A stretch of DNA of 64,000 nt, from IMG/VR virus record IMGVR_UViG_3300010167_000013; one strand, given 5' to 3'. Shown one piece after another: positions 41,651 to 51,428 of the stretch; position 1 is the first letter of the stretch, and every line of letters begins with the position of its first letter. A model generated the notes under the pieces. That model saw only the letters and a list, made by a program, of their open reading frames with translations. It made no database searches and had not been told where the DNA came from. The DNA is from a virus (taxonomy: Duplodnaviria > Caudoviricetes). Made by a program: the position numbers and the translations under genes.

Positions 41651-42805
41651 ATGAGCCCCCAAGATGCTATCGAAATGAAAAATACAATTACATTTCTCAT
41701 GGAGTCTATTGATATCATGACCAAGGATATCAATTCATTGAAGTTAGATCAACAGAGAACCCTGAGAGCTAACACTGTGATACCACCTGGTGTAACCTGC
41801 AAGGTTGCATATGATTCGAGTGGATTGGTCATCAAGTCACTTGAGCTAGAAGACGAAGACATTCCCCAGTTGTCGATTGACAAGATATCTGGATTGAGAA
41901 ATATATTGAATTCACAACAGGTTGAAACCAAACCCAAGAAAGATGAAGTAGTACCCAAGAGAACAATAAAAGCTGGTACCGGAACCAAAGTGAACTATGA
42001 TGAAAATGGATTGGTCACATCATCCACGGATCTAACTCAGGATGATATTCCAAGTCTTGCAATTGAGAAGATCACCGGACTGAAAGACCTACTGTCTACA
42101 CTGGAGCTGCAAGAACAGGTAGCTCCTCCGACTAAAACCAAGATCAATCCTGGAACATTCCCCAAGATAACATTTGACTCAGATGGTAGAGTAGTGGTTG
42201 GTTCCAAGTTATCCATCGATGATATCCCAGGAGATATCATCAACAGAATCAATCTACTCGAGAGTAGATTGACATCATTTGCATCCAGGGAATCCGTCAA
42301 TAATCTACTCAAAATAACCGACAACAAATTGAATTGCAATCCATCCATCAATGCAGGTACATTTACCAAGGTAATAGTAGATCAGAATGGACTAGTGATT
42401 TCTGGAACAGATCTAACCATCCATGACCTTCCTGAGATAAACATTCATGATATCCCGGAATTAGCTTCTATTCTGAAGAAGAAAGCTGACCAATCAGATG
42501 TGATCGAACTGAACAACCAGCTGTCACTGATGAGCAATTCGAATCAACTGGTTGAAATGAACAAGATTAAGACCAAGTTAGATACCAAGGCTGACGAGGT
42601 TGAGGTGAAAAATTTATCCAATCAGGTCAGAGAGTTCAAGAAGGATGTTGATAATTTATCTCAGAAATTACCGAGTGAACATCTACCAATAGAGATAAAA
42701 CAGCTGTGGAGTATAATTACAACACTCACTGGTAGAATATCTGTACTGGAAGAAAAAATGAATATCCAATCTAACTTCAGTAGAACAGTAGAAGAGAAGG
42801 ATTAA
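41651..42805 (+). CDS. Fibre-like repeat protein
   Basis: Four repeats GT..KV..D..GLV.....L...DIP.L.I.KI.GL, then coiled coil. Confidence 0.65.
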   Translation: MSPQDAIEMKNTITFLMESIDIMTKDINSLKLDQQRTLRANTVIPPGVTCKVAYDSSGLVIKSLELEDEDIPQLSIDKISGLRNILNSQQVETKPKKDEVVPKRTIKAGTGTKVNYDENGLVTSSTDLTQDDIPSLAIEKITGLKDLLSTLELQEQVAPPTKTKINPGTFPKITFDSDGRVVVGSKLSIDDIPGDIINRINLLESRLTSFASRESVNNLLKITDNKLNCNPSINAGTFTKVIVDQNGLVISGTDLTIHDLPEINIHDIPELASILKKKADQSDVIELNNQLSLMSNSNQLVEMNKIKTKLDTKADEVEVKNLSNQVREFKKDVDNLSQKLPSEHLPIEIKQLWSIITTLTGRISVLEEKMNIQSNFSRTVEEKD

Positions 42806-42817
42806 TCCTTCTCTTCT
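42790..42817. terminator. 28-bp perfect palindrome
   Basis: AGAAGAGAAGGATT|AATCCTTCTCTTCT. Confidence 0.65.
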
Positions 42818-42850
42818 CTTCTGTCGAAATTTGGAAAGATCCCGAGAATC

Positions 42851-42936
42851 ATATTACGTAGTAGTACAAAGTACAGCTACGTAAGGTAGTTGCTACCGCA
42901 ACGGAGTATTACGTACTACGTACGTAATATATAATT
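42851..42936. repeat. TACGTA-rich nested inverted repeat overlapping an orphan early-promoter motif
   Basis: Five TACGTA (42855, 42878, 42910, 42917, 42921); IR 42851-67/42913-30; hairpin 42907-29. Confidence 0.8.
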
Positions 42937-43016
42937 TCAAAAAGGACCACTTGTATTAGTGAGGATTTACCGAGAGCTAGCATGTAAAAATCAAAAAAGA
43001 GGAATGGTCCTCTTTT

Positions 43017-44369
43017 TTATTTGCAGTGTTTTTTTACAAATTCATCCACAGTCAATTTCAGGAAAATGACATCGAATTGCAAGTCAGCTACCGTTAGTTT
43101 GTCACTCTTCAGCTTCATGCTGTCTGGAAGAATCTTTCCATCGTAGTAATCGTACGTGAACTTTTTGAATACCTCCATGCCTACCAGTGGTATCTCTAGG
43201 ACCAGATCAATTCTACCTGGTCTCAAGAATACCGGAGAAAACTTCTCGATGTAGTTTGTTGTCATGATGGTAATTCTGTCTTCTCCACTAGTGATTCCAT
43301 CTAGAGCATTCAGCATATGACCAAATGTCTGTCTATATCCAATCTTATCCTCTTTCCCTATCTCCTCTTTCTCTAATTCGATATCTGTGTCACTAATGAG
43401 GAAAGGATACTTGTCGATGTCCGATATGATAAACAGAGGATAGGTCACATCATTGCTGTTGGACTCCAGTGCATGTGGAATAAATCTCCCACCTTTACCT
43501 CCCCGTATCACATAGATATTACGACCCCATTCAGACGCAAGTGTCTTGGCTATGGACTCTTTACCTGATGCAGGAGGTCCATGTAAGACGATCTTCAAGT
43601 TATGTGTTCTACCTATTTTCTTGTAGTACTCTTTCGATGCAAAGAAGTTGTTCACGGTATCGATTAGTTTCGTCTTGATCTCCTTCGGTAAATATATTGT
43701 AGACATACTACGTTTGTTGATCGGAAGTCCCTTCATCCAGTAAGTGTATCCATCAGATCCTTCATGAAGATCATGATACACATTTACTGTTGGAGAGTCA
43801 GGTCTCAACTTCAGTAGACTGTTCCTGTGTAGAATCATATCCCGTTCAAAATTTACAACGAATGCTGGATCAAGATTGTAGGTAATGATTGTGTACGTTC
43901 TTTCGACATTTATCCTACCACTTGGGTAACTGATTGATTTTGTCTGAATTATCAGAATAATATTGTAGTCCATGTATTTCAAGGTATGAGTACCATCAGC
44001 AAGACGATAGTAGATGTCGGTGGTATCCTGATCTGAGTTAGCTAACTCCAACCTACTACTCTTCTTGACATCATTGTACTTGTACAATATTCCGTACAAT
44101 GATTCCTCCAACCACTGATCGGAATATGTTACTCCAATCTTGAAGGTTATTTCTCTCTGGAATCTTCCTCTGATTGATTTGATTACGAATGAACCAACAG
44201 TGGTAACTACATCGGTGAGATTCTCATCGATTAGTTCATTCAATGGTCCAAGTAGAACCCTACCTAGTCTATCCTTGACTACTCCCTTTGCTCTTGTTAC
44301 TACATCCATGTCTACAACCCCCAGTAGAAATATCCAGACCCGTCCAATGACGGGTCTGGATTCACACAT
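43017..44369 (-). CDS. BCS1-like AAA+ ATPase (atypical Walker motifs)
   Basis: HGPPASGKES, IISDID, LNALDG, MTTN, LRPGRID. Start may be MDVV (about 44309). Confidence 0.8.
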   Translation of the reverse strand: MCESRPVIGRVWIFLLGVVDMDVVTRAKGVVKDRLGRVLLGPLNELIDENLTDVVTTVGSFVIKSIRGRFQREITFKIGVTYSDQWLEESLYGILYKYNDVKKSSRLELANSDQDTTDIYYRLADGTHTLKYMDYNIILIIQTKSISYPSGRINVERTYTIITYNLDPAFVVNFERDMILHRNSLLKLRPDSPTVNVYHDLHEGSDGYTYWMKGLPINKRSMSTIYLPKEIKTKLIDTVNNFFASKEYYKKIGRTHNLKIVLHGPPASGKESIAKTLASEWGRNIYVIRGGKGGRFIPHALESNSNDVTYPLFIISDIDKYPFLISDTDIELEKEEIGKEDKIGYRQTFGHMLNALDGITSGEDRITIMTTNYIEKFSPVFLRPGRIDLVLEIPLVGMEVFKKFTYDYYDGKILPDSMKLKSDKLTVADLQFDVIFLKLTVDEFVKKHCK

Positions 44370-44370
44370 T

Positions 44371-45636
44371 TTATTTTATGAATTTATCGAACAGCGTCTT
44401 TGGTTTTATCTGCTCTTCTCTCTTCAGCTTTTGTATTTCCTTCTTCCGTGCTAGTATTTCATTGTACTCATGGTCTTCATTTGAAACATACTTCGATGAC
44501 TCATCTGTAGCTTTGGCTCTCCTCAACTCCTGAATCCTCTCTGCTATCTTCTTGGACCTATCATTGATTGGAGATAATCCAGATGCCACCAGGTACAGGA
44601 AGTTGTGAGCTTCTCCTTTGTCATTGACAGCGTTGTGATTGAATCTCTCAATCGGAGTACCAACGAAGTCACAGAGTTTCTCCAGCTTGGATTGGTAGAG
44701 CTTATTTACTTCCTGGGTGAAATACGATATGATTCCCCACTTTGCTACCCTCTTGTTCCGATCTGTCTCAGTGTGACATGACTGTTTGATGGCCTTGATA
44801 ATGATGTCGTCGATCGATGCATCTTCCAGTACTTTCTCTGTCAATCCTTTCTTTATTCTAGTAACTAAAAGTCTACCAGGTTCCTTGATGATACTCTCCA
44901 TGTCTGCCTTGTCTATCGAGTCATATGGAGTTGGGTAGTTGTCAATACATGTGAGTATTCTGAGATCTTCAACTATTCCATCATTCACAAGTTCAAGACA
45001 TTCGGTATCGGAGAATTGAGATCTGGTTTCATTGTCATAGATCATGTAGACGGTATCATCATCCAGATCATTGTACAATTCACTCAAGAACTCCTCTGTG
45101 TTCTGTTGATTACCCTCATTTGCTTGGATTTGAGGTAATACTGCAACTAGAATGAAATGAGTATCGGGGAAGCAATTTTTGAGAACATACATCAGTCCAG
45201 GTCCAGCCCCACTGCCAGTACCTCCAGCTGTAGATACCACAATGAAGACATATCTCTTTTCCTTGATGAGAGATTTGAAATCCTCTCTGGTAAGAATTAC
45301 ATCCAATTCCTCCCTGATGTAGTTCTTCATTTTGAATCGATTGGCACCAGTTCCCTCTATTTCATCCCTGTCACCAATTTTGAATTTGATGGTTCCTTCT
45401 CCAACCATTGACAGGTCTGTATCAGAGGTATTGATGTAGATAGTGTCGAATAAGTTGGAGTACCTCTGCTCCATGAGCCATGTTATTTGCGACCCACAAT
45501 TCCCTATTCCGATCATTGCAAATTCCTTCTTCATTTCTTTCCGTCCCTTCATTTTTGATGTTTTTATTCCCGATATTATTTTCAACATCGGAGATACGTT
45601 CTGGAGTTTGTACCAAGCATTACCATGTGAGTTCAC
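44371..45636 (-). CDS. Tubulin/FtsZ-family GTPase (PhuZ/TubZ-like)
   Basis: IGIGNCG, INTS..D, GTGANR, AGGTGSG signature, YDNE, IDKAD (T7); C-terminal coiled tail. Confidence 0.9.
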   Translation of the reverse strand: MNSHGNAWYKLQNVSPMLKIISGIKTSKMKGRKEMKKEFAMIGIGNCGSQITWLMEQRYSNLFDTIYINTSDTDLSMVGEGTIKFKIGDRDEIEGTGANRFKMKNYIREELDVILTREDFKSLIKEKRYVFIVVSTAGGTGSGAGPGLMYVLKNCFPDTHFILVAVLPQIQANEGNQQNTEEFLSELYNDLDDDTVYMIYDNETRSQFSDTECLELVNDGIVEDLRILTCIDNYPTPYDSIDKADMESIIKEPGRLLVTRIKKGLTEKVLEDASIDDIIIKAIKQSCHTETDRNKRVAKWGIISYFTQEVNKLYQSKLEKLCDFVGTPIERFNHNAVNDKGEAHNFLYLVASGLSPINDRSKKIAERIQELRRAKATDESSKYVSNEDHEYNEILARKKEIQKLKREEQIKPKTLFDKFIK

Positions 45637-45702
45637 AATGAAGTTTCCTCCTCAAATCAAATAACATTGTTCACAAATGATAAATTATCCCACTCATACT
45701 CT

Positions 45703-45734
45703 ATAATATATAATCGAATAGAATTATATATTCT
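45703..45734. promoter_or_regulatory. Back-to-back early-promoter motifs for tubulin (-) and primase (+)
   Basis: ATAATATATAAT cgaatag AATTATATATTCT. Confidence 0.7.
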
Positions 45735-45774
45735 ATGACATACGGAAGATCATTGCTTTAGAGGAGAAAAGATT

Positions 45775-46749
45775 ATGAATATGATGGAAATAAAATTGAA
45801 GACAATGGATGAGATAGAGAAGACCCAACCAATATTCAGGAAAGCAGGAACCTCTGAGTTCAAGATTCGATGTCCAATCTGTGGGGATAGTCAGAAGGAT
45901 CCAAATGATGCCCACATGTATTTGAAATGTAGTTTGGATCCAAGTGAACCGATCCTGTACAACTGCTTCAAATGTAATGCCAAGGGGAAGGTTACGAAAA
46001 ACTTCCTGGAGAAATTAGGCATTGACACTAGGGAACTATCAGAACTAGATGATCAGATCTTCAACAAGATACATTCTGTGAAGAAGACCAATGTAGATAT
46101 ACTTACTGGGACACCTGTGCTGGAATCAAATCAGACTAACTACATCACTCAAAGATTGGGAAAGGGATTCAGTGCATATGACTACGACAAGTTCAAGATA
46201 ATATGGGATATGAATACACTGATTCCATATATCACTGACACTAGGATCAAGAACACTCTCCCTAGTAACAGAGATAGTGTTTCGTTTCTCTCAGATGATA
46301 AGTCTTCGATACTGACTAGGTTCTTCTGGGACGACTATCCAAGATGGAAGAAGAGTAAGGTATTCTCCTCTGAGAATAAATCATTTTATACCATCAAGAC
46401 AACAATAGATTTACTCACAAAAGATCTGATAGTTGTCAACATCGCTGAAGGAATATTCGACATACTGTCAGTGTACAAGAACTTCAGTACAGTAGAGAAC
46501 TCAGTTCATATTGCTACACTTGGATCTGATTACGAGAGTGGAGTACATCATGCCATTGGGAATGGATTCATTGGAGATAACATTGTACTCAGAATATATA
46601 TTGACAGTGACATCGATGAGAAGATGTTGAAGTACCGAATTAAACGATACAAATGGCTATTCAATAAAATATATATATGTAAAAATGGGTTAGGTAACGA
46701 TTTCGGAGTACACATCAAGGATATACAATTGGTAGAGTATCTAATATGA
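45775..46749 (+). CDS. DNA primase (T4 gp61-like)
   Basis: Zn finger CPICGDS..H...CFKC; TOPRIM AEGIFD and YIDSD. Confidence 0.85.
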   Translation: MNMMEIKLKTMDEIEKTQPIFRKAGTSEFKIRCPICGDSQKDPNDAHMYLKCSLDPSEPILYNCFKCNAKGKVTKNFLEKLGIDTRELSELDDQIFNKIHSVKKTNVDILTGTPVLESNQTNYITQRLGKGFSAYDYDKFKIIWDMNTLIPYITDTRIKNTLPSNRDSVSFLSDDKSSILTRFFWDDYPRWKKSKVFSSENKSFYTIKTTIDLLTKDLIVVNIAEGIFDILSVYKNFSTVENSVHIATLGSDYESGVHHAIGNGFIGDNIVLRIYIDSDIDEKMLKYRIKRYKWLFNKIYICKNGLGNDFGVHIKDIQLVEYLI

Positions 46750-46761
46750 GGAGGAAGAATA

Positions 46762-47157
46762 ATGATTACCATGGAATACTTGAAACAGCTAGAGAAAGAG
46801 TACGATGAGTGCATGGGAGTTCAGGGGTGTGGCAACGCAACGACATGCTTCGATTTGATCAACAAAGGTCGTGCCATGCTGAAAGAAGCATTGGCATTAG
46901 TTGAAGAAAGAGATACTGCACTAATAGCATTGAAAGAGATACAGAAGGTCATAGATGTATATCGCAAAGAAGAGGTTCAGCCTCAGAAACCTCCGAAACG
47001 TACAGTGGTTATACCATGGGATGACACCAGATGCCCGAGATGCGAAGAGGATTGCTATGTAGATAATCCAAGTAGTATTACCTGTGAGCATTGTGGATAT
47101 AAATTTGCTATCCTATATGGTGGAATCGGTGCTGGTGGTAAATCTACTACTAATTAG
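46762..47157 (+). CDS. Hypothetical protein with C-terminal Zn ribbon
   Basis: CPRC...CEHCG. Confidence 0.75.
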   Translation: MITMEYLKQLEKEYDECMGVQGCGNATTCFDLINKGRAMLKEALALVEERDTALIALKEIQKVIDVYRKEEVQPQKPPKRTVVIPWDDTRCPRCEEDCYVDNPSSITCEHCGYKFAILYGGIGAGGKSTTN

Positions 47158-47171
47158 ACTGGAGATACCAT

Positions 47172-48254
47172 ATGGAGGTATACAAACCGGGGATTTCATT
47201 GTCTTCCAATCTATTGATGTTGAAATGGGATCTCCTGAACTCACATGTACACCATCACCCAATCAAAATAACTCCAGGGGATCACATCAATGTATTCATC
47301 AACTTTGAGGGAATACTACGCAATCTCAGCATGCAGAAAAATCTGTCAAACCTGGTGAGCTTTCACAAACAGAAGGTTGTACTAGAACTGGAATCATCTA
47401 TTCTCAACCTAATCGGTGCATACAGAACATACTTCAAGAAGGAAAGATGTATCCCGAAGATGTATTTCTACTTCACCGACTTGAATGATAGGAAGCAACA
47501 GATGACTGTGTACAATAAATTCTACAGAACGTACTACAGGAACAAGTATGTACAGAACCCACAGTTTAGAGATATGGGTATATTGTTGAATAAAACAATA
47601 ATACCAGAGGTGAAACTGATCCTCTCATATATCCCTGATTGTTACTTCATCGAGAGCAAGACATTTGATGGGAGCATAATTCCCCTGATAGTATCATCGT
47701 TCTCTGATTCCAAGAACGTAATAATCACAACAGATATATTTGACACTCTCTATCTGTACAATCCCAACTTCTTGGTGATCTACATCAAGAGAAGATATTC
47801 GAACTTTAGTGTGATGAGTACGATACAGGATACTGTTGAGTCCATCATCAAGAACGAGAATCCGTTTGATCTGACACTATTCAATTCAGAGTTGTACTAC
47901 AAGTTGCTGTTGTCTATCAAGGGAAGCAAGATCAGAAATATCAGTTCAGCAAAAGGATTTGGGTATGGAAAGTGTCTGAAGTTATTGAAGGAAGGATTGG
48001 AGAAGGATATAGTACTGAGAGACTTTGAGTCAATAGGCTCAGTACTTCAATTGTTTCCAGAGAAGTACCAAATGGATATCAAGGATGCATTCCAGTGTAC
48101 AGATTTAGATATCCAGTATGGGTTATTGAGTGATACCGATATTGAGGAAATAAAATCCCAGATGGTGGACAAGATGGATGTTGCCTCAATGGAAGCATTG
48201 AACAACAAACGGTTTCTGGAATTCCCGATACAACTGCAAAATTTATTAGATTAG
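47172..48254 (+). CDS. 5'-3' exonuclease/RNase H (PIN/FEN-fold)-like, degenerate
   Basis: FINFEG, Y..YR, IITTDIFD, HhH KGFG; most catalytic Asp positions replaced. Confidence 0.55.
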   Translation: MEVYKPGISLSSNLLMLKWDLLNSHVHHHPIKITPGDHINVFINFEGILRNLSMQKNLSNLVSFHKQKVVLELESSILNLIGAYRTYFKKERCIPKMYFYFTDLNDRKQQMTVYNKFYRTYYRNKYVQNPQFRDMGILLNKTIIPEVKLILSYIPDCYFIESKTFDGSIIPLIVSSFSDSKNVIITTDIFDTLYLYNPNFLVIYIKRRYSNFSVMSTIQDTVESIIKNENPFDLTLFNSELYYKLLLSIKGSKIRNISSAKGFGYGKCLKLLKEGLEKDIVLRDFESIGSVLQLFPEKYQMDIKDAFQCTDLDIQYGLLSDTDIEEIKSQMVDKMDVASMEALNNKRFLEFPIQLQNLLD

Positions 48255-48329
48255 TAAGTATCATTAGTACTAAATCTCAAAAATAAGCAAAAAATAAACG
48301 AGGGTATTATCCCTCGTTTATTTTTTTAT

Positions 48330-48800
48330 TTACTTCTTTAGATCGGCAAACAATGTAGCAGTACTAATTTCGCCATTCCAATGTTTTAACATTATTCCAT
48401 GATTAGCTGAAATATAATCAAACACTTCATCTTTCGGTTTTCCTTTTAACTCTTTTTCTGCCTTTGTTAATTGTGTTCCTTTTAATAGAATTTCAGGTTG
48501 TTCTGCAATACTTACTGGAATCAGATTATCACTCTTCACCCTTACTTTTACTCTAGGGGTATCGTGTTTATTCTGTCTAGACTTTCCTGCATCATCAAAC
48601 CATAGTCCATATGGAAGTCCTGAATCCTCAGGTTGAAAATTTGCCATCTCAAATATTCCATCTTTGTACATGGCAATATTTTCCAACACTTGTAACTGAA
48701 ATGCTTTCATTTCAACAGTTGCTACTTCCTTACCAACTTTTTTTATATCGTTCATTGACACTTCCCTTCCTATTCTATTTTGCAAACTTCTATTTTGCAA
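48330..48800 (-). CDS. DUF4160-like protein with N-terminal leader (no adjacent antitoxin)
   Basis: EMAN..SGLP..LW...HDTPRVKV...YI..N...LKHWN. Confidence 0.5.
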   Translation of the reverse strand: MQNRSLQNRIGREVSMNDIKKVGKEVATVEMKAFQLQVLENIAMYKDGIFEMANFQPEDSGLPYGLWFDDAGKSRQNKHDTPRVKVRVKSDNLIPVSIAEQPEILLKGTQLTKAEKELKGKPKDEVFDYISANHGIMLKHWNGEISTATLFADLKK

Positions 48801-49140
48801 ACTTCTCTAATTTTGTTGTTGTCTTGTATCGTATTGCATTTGATAATTCTTCCGCTGATATGTCACTGAACAGACAGGCATTGACAACTTGAATAAATAC
48901 ATCTGCTAGTTCTTCTGCTTTTGCTTCTTTATTTATATACTCTGGGAATTTGTATCCTGGTATATTGAGCTCCAGACCCTTTGGTCTATTGTCCTCCTTC
49001 TTCGCTTCCTCTGCTTCTTCATGGATACCTGCGATTGCTTTCCAGAAGTACTCTGGGTTATCTCCGACTTTTATTCCCAGTACTTCCTGTATTTGTTTCT
49101 GTATTACAAATGCCTCATGGATACATTGATTATCCATCAT
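48790..49140 (-). CDS. MazG/dimeric dUTPase-like NTP pyrophosphatase
   Basis: EEAEE and EELADV motifs; early motif 49156-49168. Confidence 0.75.
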   Translation of the reverse strand: MMDNQCIHEAFVIQKQIQEVLGIKVGDNPEYFWKAIAGIHEEAEEAKKEDNRPKGLELNIPGYKFPEYINKEAKAEELADVFIQVVNACLFSDISAEELSNAIRYKTTTKLEKFAK

Positions 49141-49188
49141 ATAACCTCCACACTAAGAATATATAATTAAGAATTAATAATATCCGAT

Positions 49189-49226
49189 GACATGAAGGGA
49201 TCCTCATATGAGGATCCCTTCATGTC
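49189..49226. terminator. 38-bp perfect palindrome
   Basis: GACATGAAGGGATCCTCAT|ATGAGGATCCCTTCATGTC. Confidence 0.65.
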
Positions 49227-49242
49227 CCTCCACTGAAAATAT

Positions 49243-50310
49243 TTAAACACTTACTCTTGGAAGGAAGTTTCCTGTCAGATAAACACGGTGTGGTCTATCT
49301 AAAACTAATTTTTTGACATGACCAATTGCATGCCATTCGATGGACTTGATCTGTAGCTTGAACTTAGGTTCTCTGTTGACTATTCTTTTTTTGTTCAACA
49401 TCATTTTTTCCATGAAGTCGATGTAGTAAAAAAACCCAGGATAGTTATCATGATGGGTTTGTACGTCAAGTCTGTATTTTCTCCCTCTAGCTACTGGAAG
49501 GTGTGGATCGTAGGAGATGATCGATAACACCCCAAGACTCCACAGAACCTCTTGAACAGCCTTCAGTTTTTCCTCATCATGATGAGCTATTGCGCAATTA
49601 TCAGGAAAGAAGTACTCGTCGAACCCGGTGTCAAACACCCCTCGAATGAATTGCCATCTGTCATTCAGAGAAGCTCTTCTATATTCCATTGGTATTATTG
49701 GATAATTTTTATTTCTAGCACGAAAGGTATACAATGGAAAGAAGTCCCACCATCTCAGTATCTGATTTCTGGGAGCTCCATTGTAGGTGAAGTATACCGT
49801 ATTATCACTCAACTTATCTGCAAAGTTCAGTTGATACTTGTGGGCAAGGAAAGCATTCGTTGCTGGTCTATCTAATGGTAGATTGATGTACTCATCATCA
49901 TAGTTTCCATATATCAGCAGTGCTCCAGCAATATATGGATCCGGAACCAGAATATCACGAATACTACTCTTGTTGTATGTAATTGCACTTATTTTGATAT
50001 TTCCCCTGGTTGAATTTACACTGGTAGGATGATCAAGCATGAAATTTTCTCGTTCTCTCAGCAATGTGTCTACGTTTGTGATAGAATACCCAATAAACAT
50101 CAATTCCGACAACGTGTAATAATCTACTCTTCCGTCTGTGTATTCAACTTTGTAGATTTTCTCAGTTCTAGAGTTTACTATACTTCGAACTTCATACTCT
50201 TCACTGGTTTTGTAATCGTACACAATGTCTCCAACATATACGTGTTCGATTGGTACATCTCCATCTTGTGTCTGAATGATTATGGGTATACTATCTCCAA
50301 AGGTATTCAT
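49243..50310 (-). CDS. Free-standing intein-like protein (Hint + degenerate LAGLIDADG)
   Basis: TQDGDVPIEHVYVGD (block A-like), DPYIAGALLIYG, IPMEY..AS...R.QFIRGVFDTG, IKSIE...YLTGNF (block F/G). No N-terminal C/S and no terminal HN. Confidence 0.75.
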   Translation of the reverse strand: MNTFGDSIPIIIQTQDGDVPIEHVYVGDIVYDYKTSEEYEVRSIVNSRTEKIYKVEYTDGRVDYYTLSELMFIGYSITNVDTLLRERENFMLDHPTSVNSTRGNIKISAITYNKSSIRDILVPDPYIAGALLIYGNYDDEYINLPLDRPATNAFLAHKYQLNFADKLSDNTVYFTYNGAPRNQILRWWDFFPLYTFRARNKNYPIIPMEYRRASLNDRWQFIRGVFDTGFDEYFFPDNCAIAHHDEEKLKAVQEVLWSLGVLSIISYDPHLPVARGRKYRLDVQTHHDNYPGFFYYIDFMEKMMLNKKRIVNREPKFKLQIKSIEWHAIGHVKKLVLDRPHRVYLTGNFLPRVSV

Positions 50311-50403
50311 GTTATCCTCCCTCCTGTTGATATGGGCAATAATATTAATCAACGGTTCAGAAACAAGCATATTAACCATCGAAGGTAAAGGAGTTCAGAC
50401 GAT

Positions 50404-51411
50404 ATGACAGAGAGTAGTGCTACAATTTCTTCAATTTATTCTGAGTTGGTCAACAAACGTAGGGCTGATAAAGAAGCGAAAGATGAGCAGAAAAGGCTGG
50501 AGAAAGAAGCCAAGAGGCTAGAAAAAGAAGGCTCAGAAGAAGAAACACCGAAAACTAAAAAGGAAAAAAGGCAAGCTGAGCTAGATGCATGGAATGAGAT
50601 TATCATTGGACTGACAGGTGATGATTTAGACTACATTCCCAAGAAGAAAAACAAGAGGAAATATAAAAAGTGGGTTGGTGATGAGCTCACAGAGAATGTA
50701 GTACTGAAAGGGAAAGCTCAGAAAAAGAAAAAGAGGAACTACAACAAGGAGTTTGAACCAGAACTAAATATGTTGAAAGCTGTTGTTGCAGACCAAAACA
50801 AATTCATTGCTGATCTCCAGAAGAGATATCAAACTGCAGCTGGTCCTAATACCAAAGATGCTATGCCACTGAATAAGAACCTAATAGAGTTAGCCGCTGT
50901 CGTCAACAATGCTAGAGGTAACTCTCTTGGACTGTTGAGAGAAATTGGAAATATCAAGAGAACGATAGCCAATCTCTACATGGATCAGAAAAACTTTGAT
51001 GCTAAATATGGAGGTCTTGGGAGTTTAGAATCACAGGATCTTGGGCTAATGGGATCAAATATAGCAAGCTCCATGTTCAATCCTACTGGTAATCCAATTT
51101 ATTCTGCTCCTACTGTAGATTCCAATGTTCCGACTATGCCTAGTCAGGAAATGGTGTTTTCAAGATTCGATCCATCTACATGGGATGGTGGGGGACTAGT
51201 GGATGATAGTACCAGGTTTGAAACAATGGATAAAACAATAGTAGTTGAATGGCACAAAGAATCTGACATAGCTAGATTCAAGGCAGTTGATCCAAGTGGG
51301 AATGAGATAGTAGGATGTCCAGTGCCAACCTGTTCCATCAAGACAATCGATCAGAACAATAAGATGGCCAAAGATGAGTTTGACCAGGTATATCAGGTGG
51401 AAGTTATCTAG
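50404..51411 (+). CDS. Hypothetical protein
   Basis: 335 aa, coiled-coil/basic; co-oriented with the next structural gene. Confidence 0.75.
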   Translation: MTESSATISSIYSELVNKRRADKEAKDEQKRLEKEAKRLEKEGSEEETPKTKKEKRQAELDAWNEIIIGLTGDDLDYIPKKKNKRKYKKWVGDELTENVVLKGKAQKKKKRNYNKEFEPELNMLKAVVADQNKFIADLQKRYQTAAGPNTKDAMPLNKNLIELAAVVNNARGNSLGLLREIGNIKRTIANLYMDQKNFDAKYGGLGSLESQDLGLMGSNIASSMFNPTGNPIYSAPTVDSNVPTMPSQEMVFSRFDPSTWDGGGLVDDSTRFETMDKTIVVEWHKESDIARFKAVDPSGNEIVGCPVPTCSIKTIDQNNKMAKDEFDQVYQVEVI

Positions 51412-51428
51412 TAGGAAGGAGGGATATA

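Noticed and set aside
42851-42936. CRISPR mini-array
   Set aside because: No regularly spaced direct repeats with unique spacers; no cas genes in the window.
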